Positions 58,694 to 64,000 of a stretch of 64,000 nucleotides of DNA are shown here, one piece after another. Made by a program: the position numbers and the translations under genes. How positions within the stretch are numbered: position 1 is the stretch's first letter; every line of letters begins with the position of its first letter. The notes beneath the pieces were generated by a model. It was not told the DNA's origin, did no database searches, and worked only from the letters and a program-made list of their open reading frames with translations. Location: the NCBI RefSeq assembly GCF_000026545.1, contig NC_011601.1. One strand, 5' to 3'. Origin of the DNA: Escherichia coli O127:H6 str. E2348/69 (GTDB lineage: Bacteria > Pseudomonadota > Gammaproteobacteria > Enterobacterales > Enterobacteriaceae).

Positions 58694-59672
58694 CATTATT
58701 GCGGTAACGATGGGCGATCCGGCGGGTATTGGCCCGGAGATCATTATTAAATCCCTGAGCGAAGCCGGGCTTGCTGGTACCCCGGTGGTGGTGGTGGGCT
58801 GTGTGCGCACGCTGCGACGTATTATGGCGATGAATATCACGCCGCAGGCAGAGTTACGCGTCATTCAAAAGGTGTGCGACGCCCACTTTGCTCCCGGCGT
58901 GATTAACGTGATGGATGAGCCTCTGGCTAACCCCGATGCGCTGACACCTGGTGTGGTACAGGCTGCGGCAGGCGATTTAGCGTATCGCTGTATCAAACGT
59001 GCAACGGCCCTGGCCTTATCAGGCGAGGTGAAAGCCATAGCCACTGCGCCGTTGAATAAAGAAGCGCTGCATCTTGGCGGGCATAACTATCCGGGGCATA
59101 CGGAATTGCTGGCCCATCTTACCGGCAGCAAAGAGTACGCGATGGTGCTCTATACCGATAAGCTCAAGGTTATCCATATTTCGACTCACATCTCACTGCG
59201 TAAATTCCTGGATACTTTGAATGGTGAAAGGGTCAAAACGGTTATTCGAGTTGCGAACCACTTCCTGAAACGTGTCGGCATTGAGCGTCCGCGTATTGCC
59301 GTGGCGGGTGTAAATCCACATGCAGGGGAACACGGTTTATTCGGCACTGAGGAAATCGAGATTATCGCACCTGCGATTGAAGCAATGCAGGCCGAAGATA
59401 TTGATGTTACTGGCCCGTGCCCGCCAGATACCGTGTTCATGCAGTGCCATGAAGGGCTATTCGATATGGTGGTGGCTATGTACCATGATCAGGGGCATAT
59501 CCCTTTAAAACTGCTTGGATTTTATGATGGGGTGAATATCACCGCCGGGTTGCCATTTATTCGCACTTCTGCCGACCACGGCACCGCGTTTGATATTGCC
59601 TGGACAGGAAAAGCCAAGTCTGAGAGCATGGCAGTTTCCATCCAGTTAGCAATGCAGATTTCGCGAGAATAA
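58686..59672 (+). CDS. PdxA-family NAD-dependent dehydrogenase (PdxA2-like)
   Basis: 328-aa ORF, GTG start overlapping kinase stop by 8 bp; [14 protein letters not shown] and NPHAGE...YHDQG...[18 protein letters not shown] motifs. Confidence 0.8.
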   Translation: MNNIIAVTMGDPAGIGPEIIIKSLSEAGLAGTPVVVVGCVRTLRRIMAMNITPQAELRVIQKVCDAHFAPGVINVMDEPLANPDALTPGVVQAAAGDLAYRCIKRATALALSGEVKAIATAPLNKEALHLGGHNYPGHTELLAHLTGSKEYAMVLYTDKLKVIHISTHISLRKFLDTLNGERVKTVIRVANHFLKRVGIERPRIAVAGVNPHAGEHGLFGTEEIEIIAPAIEAMQAEDIDVTGPCPPDTVFMQCHEGLFDMVVAMYHDQGHIPLKLLGFYDGVNITAGLPFIRTSADHGTAFDIAWTGKAKSESMAVSIQLAMQISRE

Positions 59673-59673
59673 A

Positions 59674-60435
59674 ATGAAGGGATATAACCGGTTAGAGCAG
59701 ATCATGGATTACCTGAAAAGCCATAATCTGGTCACCGTTGATGAGCTGGTGGCGGTAACCAATGCGTCGCCGGCTACGATTCGTCGAGACCTGATAAAAC
59801 TCGATGAGCAGGGTGTTATCAGCCGTACACACGGCGGTGTGACCCTCAACCGGTTTATTCCTACCCAACCGACTACCCATGAGAAAATGCAGCGCAGCCT
59901 GGCGGAAAAACATGCTATCGCCAGCGCAGCGGCGTCAATGGTCAAAGCGGGGGATTCCGTCGTCCTTGATGCCGGTACGACAATGATTGAACTTGCGCGG
60001 CAGATTACACATTTACCGCTTCGCGTGATCACCAGCGACCTGCATATCGCGCTTTTTTTGGCTGAATTCAAGCAAATTGAAGTGACGATTATCGGCGGAC
60101 GTATCGACGACTCCAGCCAGTCCTGCATTGGCGAACATGGTCGTAAATTGCTGCAAAATACCTGGCCGGACGTGGCATTTTTAAGCTGTAACAGCTGGGA
60201 TCTTGAAAAGGGTATTACAGCACCCACGGAAGAGAAAGCCGCACTAAAACGCGATCTTATCGCGCATGCTTCGCGCAAAATTCTCCTGGCTGACAGCTCA
60301 AAATACGGTTCATGGTCGCTGTTTAATATCGCGCATCTTAATGAACTGACAGAGATTATTACGGATAGTCAGCTTGATGGGCAGACGCGTAGAACGCTTG
60401 CGTCCTTGTCGACGCGTTTAATCATAGCCGACTAA
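59674..60435 (+). CDS. DeoR-family transcriptional regulator
   Basis: 253-aa ORF; N-terminal HTH (…[21 protein letters not shown]…), C-terminal sugar-phosphate-binding domain. Confidence 0.8.
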   Translation: MKGYNRLEQIMDYLKSHNLVTVDELVAVTNASPATIRRDLIKLDEQGVISRTHGGVTLNRFIPTQPTTHEKMQRSLAEKHAIASAAASMVKAGDSVVLDAGTTMIELARQITHLPLRVITSDLHIALFLAEFKQIEVTIIGGRIDDSSQSCIGEHGRKLLQNTWPDVAFLSCNSWDLEKGITAPTEEKAALKRDLIAHASRKILLADSSKYGSWSLFNIAHLNELTEIITDSQLDGQTRRTLASLSTRLIIAD

Positions 60436-60654
60436 TCTATGACTCTGCGGCCAGCTCATCCGGCAATTTAATAAATGCGTCAGGCTGGCGACGTTTGGCC
60501 TTACGTTTCCAGCGCGAGGATCTGCTGGCAGTAGCGCAGAAAACGCCCCAATATCTTACGCAAAACCATTTTTTCGCTAACTAACAGTTGTCAGCCTGTC
60601 CCGCTTATAAGATCATACGCCGTTATACGTTGTTTACGCTTTGAGGAATCCACG

Positions 60655-62319
60655 ATGAGTGAGGCAGAAGCCCGCCCGACTAACTTTATCCGTCAGATCA
60701 TCGATGAAGATCTGGCCAGTGGTAAGCACACCACAGTACACACCCGTTTCCCGCCGGAGCCGAATGGCTATCTGCATATTGGCCATGCGAAATCTATCTG
60801 CCTGAACTTCGGGATCGCCCAGGACTATAAAGGCCAGTGCAACCTGCGTTTCGACGACACTAACCCGGTAAAAGAAGATATCGAGTATGTCGATTCGATC
60901 AAAAACGACGTAGAGTGGTTAGGTTTTCACTGGTCTGGTAACGTCCGTTACTCCTCCGATTATTTTGATCAGCTCCACGCCTATGCGATCGAACTGATCA
61001 ATAAAGGCCTGGCGTACGTTGATGAACTGACGCCGGAACAGATCCGCGAATACCGCGGCACCTTGACGCAGCCGGGTAAAAACAGCCCGTACCGCGATCG
61101 CAGCGTTGAAGAGAACCTGGCGCTGTTCGAGAAAATGCGTACCGGCGGTTTTGAAGAAGGTAAAGCCTGCCTGCGTGCGAAGATCGACATGGCTTCGCCG
61201 TTTATCGTGATGCGCGATCCGGTGCTGTACCGCATTAAGTTTGCTGAACACCACCAGACTGGCAACAAGTGGTGCATCTACCCGATGTACGACTTCACCC
61301 ACTGCATCAGCGATGCGCTGGAAGGTATTACGCACTCTCTGTGTACGCTTGAGTTCCAGGACAACCGCCGTCTGTACGACTGGGTACTGGACAATATCAC
61401 CATTCCTGTTCACCCGCGCCAGTACGAATTCTCGCGCCTGAATCTGGAATACACTGTGATGTCCAAGCGTAAGCTGAACCTGCTGGTGACCGATAAGCAC
61501 GTTGAAGGCTGGGATGACCCACGTATGCCGACCATTTCTGGTCTGCGTCGTCGTGGTTACACTGCGGCTTCTATTCGTGAGTTCTGCAAACGCATTGGTG
61601 TGACCAAGCAGGACAACACCATTGAGATGGCGTCACTGGAATCCTGCATCCGTGAAGATCTCAACGAAAATGCGCCGCGCGCAATGGCGGTTATCGATCC
61701 GGTGAAACTGGTTATCGAAAACTACCAGGGCGAAGGCGAAATGGTTACCATGCCGAACCATCCGAATAAACCGGAAATGGGCAGCCGCCAGGTGCCATTT
61801 AGCGGTGAGATTTGGATCGATCGCGCCGATTTCCGCGAAGAAGCTAACAAGCAGTACAAACGTCTGGTGCTGGGTAAAGAAGTGCGTCTGCGTAATGCTT
61901 ACGTCATTAAGGCAGAACGCGTCGAGAAAGATGCCGAAGGCAATATCACCACCATCTTCTGTACTTATGACGCCGACACCTTAAGCAAAGATCCGGCAGA
62001 TGGTCGTAAAGTCAAAGGTGTTATTCACTGGGTGAGCGCGGCACATGCGCTGCCGGTTGAAATCCGTTTGTATGACCGTCTGTTCAGCGTGCCGAACCCT
62101 GGTGCTGCGGATGATTTCCTGTCGGTGATTAACCCGGAATCGCTGGTGATCAAACAGGGCTTTGCTGAACCGTCGCTGAAAGATGCGGTTGCGGGTAAAG
62201 CATTCCAGTTTGAGCGTGAAGGTTACTTCTGCCTCGACAGCCGCCATTCTACGGCGGAAAAACCGGTATTTAACCGCACCGTTGGGCTGCGTGATACCTG
62301 GGCGAAAGTAGGCGAGTAA
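60655..62319 (+). CDS. glnS: glutamine--tRNA ligase
   Basis: 554-aa ORF with HIGH (HIGHAKS) and MSK motifs. Confidence 0.95.
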   Translation: MSEAEARPTNFIRQIIDEDLASGKHTTVHTRFPPEPNGYLHIGHAKSICLNFGIAQDYKGQCNLRFDDTNPVKEDIEYVDSIKNDVEWLGFHWSGNVRYSSDYFDQLHAYAIELINKGLAYVDELTPEQIREYRGTLTQPGKNSPYRDRSVEENLALFEKMRTGGFEEGKACLRAKIDMASPFIVMRDPVLYRIKFAEHHQTGNKWCIYPMYDFTHCISDALEGITHSLCTLEFQDNRRLYDWVLDNITIPVHPRQYEFSRLNLEYTVMSKRKLNLLVTDKHVEGWDDPRMPTISGLRRRGYTAASIREFCKRIGVTKQDNTIEMASLESCIREDLNENAPRAMAVIDPVKLVIENYQGEGEMVTMPNHPNKPEMGSRQVPFSGEIWIDRADFREEANKQYKRLVLGKEVRLRNAYVIKAERVEKDAEGNITTIFCTYDADTLSKDPADGRKVKGVIHWVSAAHALPVEIRLYDRLFSVPNPGAADDFLSVINPESLVIKQGFAEPSLKDAVAGKAFQFEREGYFCLDSRHSTAEKPVFNRTVGLRDTWAKVGE

Positions 62320-62381
62320 GTTTACGTTGTCGGATAGAGCGTTTACGCCGCATCCGGCAAGAAATATGCAAATTATCCCAA

Positions 62382-62407
62382 ACGCCGCGCTCTGCGGCGT
62401 TTTTTTC
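62382..62407 (+). terminator. rho-independent terminator of glnS
   Basis: cgccgcgctctgcggcg followed by ttttttt. Confidence 0.65.
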
Positions 62408-62760
62408 TGCTTTTCTTCGCGAATTAATTCCGCTTCGCAATTTATCCATAAAATAAATTTAAAATCACAAAACATAATTAAATAAAATGTAACCGCTTTC
62501 ATCTTGCTGGAATTTCACGTTTTTATTCTTCTGCAAGCCTTTCAACTGCAAACTTAAGCCTTGTAACAAAAATCATCAAAATATGTGCGGTTGCTCATGT
62601 TCTTACATTCTGGTTACAGAAAGAGATTGATAATTCGCGTCGCGAAAAATAGTCTGTTCCTGTAGTCAGCGAGACTTTTCTCAACGCTACTTTTTTAATT
62701 TTTATTTTTTTCGCTGTTCACCTTTGGTGCAGCAATTTATACGTCAAAGAGGATTAACCC

Positions 62761-64000
62761 ATGCGTGCGTTTAGTGGCAAACGTAGTACGCTGGCGCTGG
62801 CTATCGCCGGTGTTACAGCTATGTCGGGCTTTATGGCAATTCCGGAGGCTCGCGCCGAAGGATTCATCGACGATTCAACCTTAACCGGCGGTATCTATTA
62901 CTGGCAGCGTGAACGCGACCGTAAAGATGTTACCGACGGCGATAAATACAAAACTAACCTTTCTCACTCCACCTGGAACGCCAACCTCGATTTTCAGTCT
63001 GGTTATGCTGCTGATATGTTCGGCCTTGATATTGCCGCGTTTACGGCGATTGAAATGGCGGAAAACGGCGACAGCTCTCACCCGAACGAAATCGCGTTTT
63101 CAAAAAGTAATAAAGCCTATGACGAAGACTGGTCCGGCGATAAAAGCGGTATAAGCCTGTATAAAGCAGCGGCCAAATTTAAATACGGTCCGGTTTGGGC
63201 GAGGGCAGGTTATATTCAGCCAACCGGTCAGACGCTGTTAGTGCCACACTGGAGCTTTATGCCGGGTACTTATCAGGGGGCGGAGGCCGGGGCGAATTTT
63301 GATTACGGCGATGCTGGTGCGTTGAGTTTCTCCTACATGTGGACCAACGAATACAAAGCACCGTGGCATCTGGAAATGGATGAGTTTTATCAGAATGATA
63401 AAACCACCAAAGTTGATTATCTACACTCCCTTGGGGCGAAGTACGACTTCAAAAATAACTTCGTACTGGAAGCGGCGTTTGGTCAGGCCGAAGGGTATAT
63501 CGATCAATATTTTGCCAAAGCAAGCTACAAATTTGATATCGCCGGTAGCCCGTTAACCACCAGCTACCAGTTCTATGGTACGCGCGATAAAGTTGACGAT
63601 CGCAGCGTCAACGATCTTTATGACGGCACCGCCTGGCTGCAGGCGTTGACCTTTGGTTACCGGGCGGCTGACGTAGTGGATTTGCGCCTCGAAGGTACCT
63701 GGGTTAAGGCTGACGGTCAGCAGGGATACTTCCTGCAACGTATGACTCCAACCTACGCTTCCTCGAACGGTCGCCTGGATATCTGGTGGGATAACCGTTC
63801 TGACTTCAACGCCAACGGCGAAAAAGCGGTCTTCTTCGGTGCGATGTATGACCTGAAAAACTGGAATCTTCCAGGCTTCGCCATCGGCGCTTCCTACGTT
63901 TACGCATGGGATGCTAAACCTGCGACCTGGCAGAGCAATCCGGATGCGTACTACGACAAAAACCGGACTATTGAAGAGTCTGCCTACAGCCTGGATGCGG
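62761..64000 (+). CDS. chiP: chitoporin ChiP (outer-membrane porin), 3'-truncated by window end
   Basis: ORF with signal peptide [32 protein letters not shown] runs to window end; ~440-bp 5' leader. Confidence 0.85.
   Translation, partial: MRAFSGKRSTLALAIAGVTAMSGFMAIPEARAEGFIDDSTLTGGIYYWQRERDRKDVTDGDKYKTNLSHSTWNANLDFQSGYAADMFGLDIAAFTAIEMAENGDSSHPNEIAFSKSNKAYDEDWSGDKSGISLYKAAAKFKYGPVWARAGYIQPTGQTLLVPHWSFMPGTYQGAEAGANFDYGDAGALSFSYMWTNEYKAPWHLEMDEFYQNDKTTKVDYLHSLGAKYDFKNNFVLEAAFGQAEGYIDQYFAKASYKFDIAGSPLTTSYQFYGTRDKVDDRSVNDLYDGTAWLQALTFGYRAADVVDLRLEGTWVKADGQQGYFLQRMTPTYASSNGRLDIWWDNRSDFNANGEKAVFFGAMYDLKNWNLPGFAIGASYVYAWDAKPATWQSNPDAYYDKNRTIEESAYSLDA

Noticed and set aside
51456-60435. Considered whether the nagE–glnS island is a classical mobile element (prophage, integrative element or transposon)
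   Set aside because: No integrase, transposase, recombinase, terminal inverted repeats or flanking direct repeats seen; gene content is purely metabolic
60919-61500. 193-aa minus-strand ORF inside glnS; comparable small ORFs inside nagC, nagA and the BNR gene
   Set aside because: Antisense to strongly supported genes, with no independent signals

Overview
Enterobacterial (Escherichia-type) chromosomal segment, mostly core genes in the order citrate lyase operon (citCDEFXG) – dpiBA – dcuC – pagP – cspE – crcB – ybeM – tatE – lipA – lipB – ybeD – dacA – rlpA – mrdBA – rlmH – rsfS – cobC – nadD – holA – lptE – leuS – ybeL – rihA – gltLKJI – lnt – corC – ybeY – ybeZ – miaB – ubiF – six-tRNA operon – asnB – nagDCAB/nagE – glnS – chiP (partial). 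Gene identities were recognised by reading the translated ORFs; no database search was run, and all comparisons to E. coli K-12 are from memory. Several ORF-track entries are 5'-extended and were trimmed to the start that matches the expected protein. The main candidate for a new system is a ~9 kb, nine-gene island between nagE and glnS (51456..60435). It has two divergent units: a leftward operon (Fe-alcohol dehydrogenase, DapA/NanA-family aldolase, TerC-family membrane protein, cytoplasmic BNR/Asp-box sialidase-fold protein, YhcH-family protein, anion permease) and a rightward unit (YgbK/OtnK-like kinase, PdxA-family dehydrogenase, DeoR regulator). They are separated by an AT-rich region carrying two near-identical 16-bp palindromes. 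This looks like an uncharacterised acid-sugar catabolic system; the substrate is not known. Other differences from K-12: a 625-aa rhomboid protease fused to a YVTN beta-propeller between gltI and lnt, no ybeQ–hscC block between ybeL and rihA, no intact ybeF between lipA and lipB, and one tRNA-Gln(CUG) copy instead of two. No CRISPR array, integrase or transposase was found.
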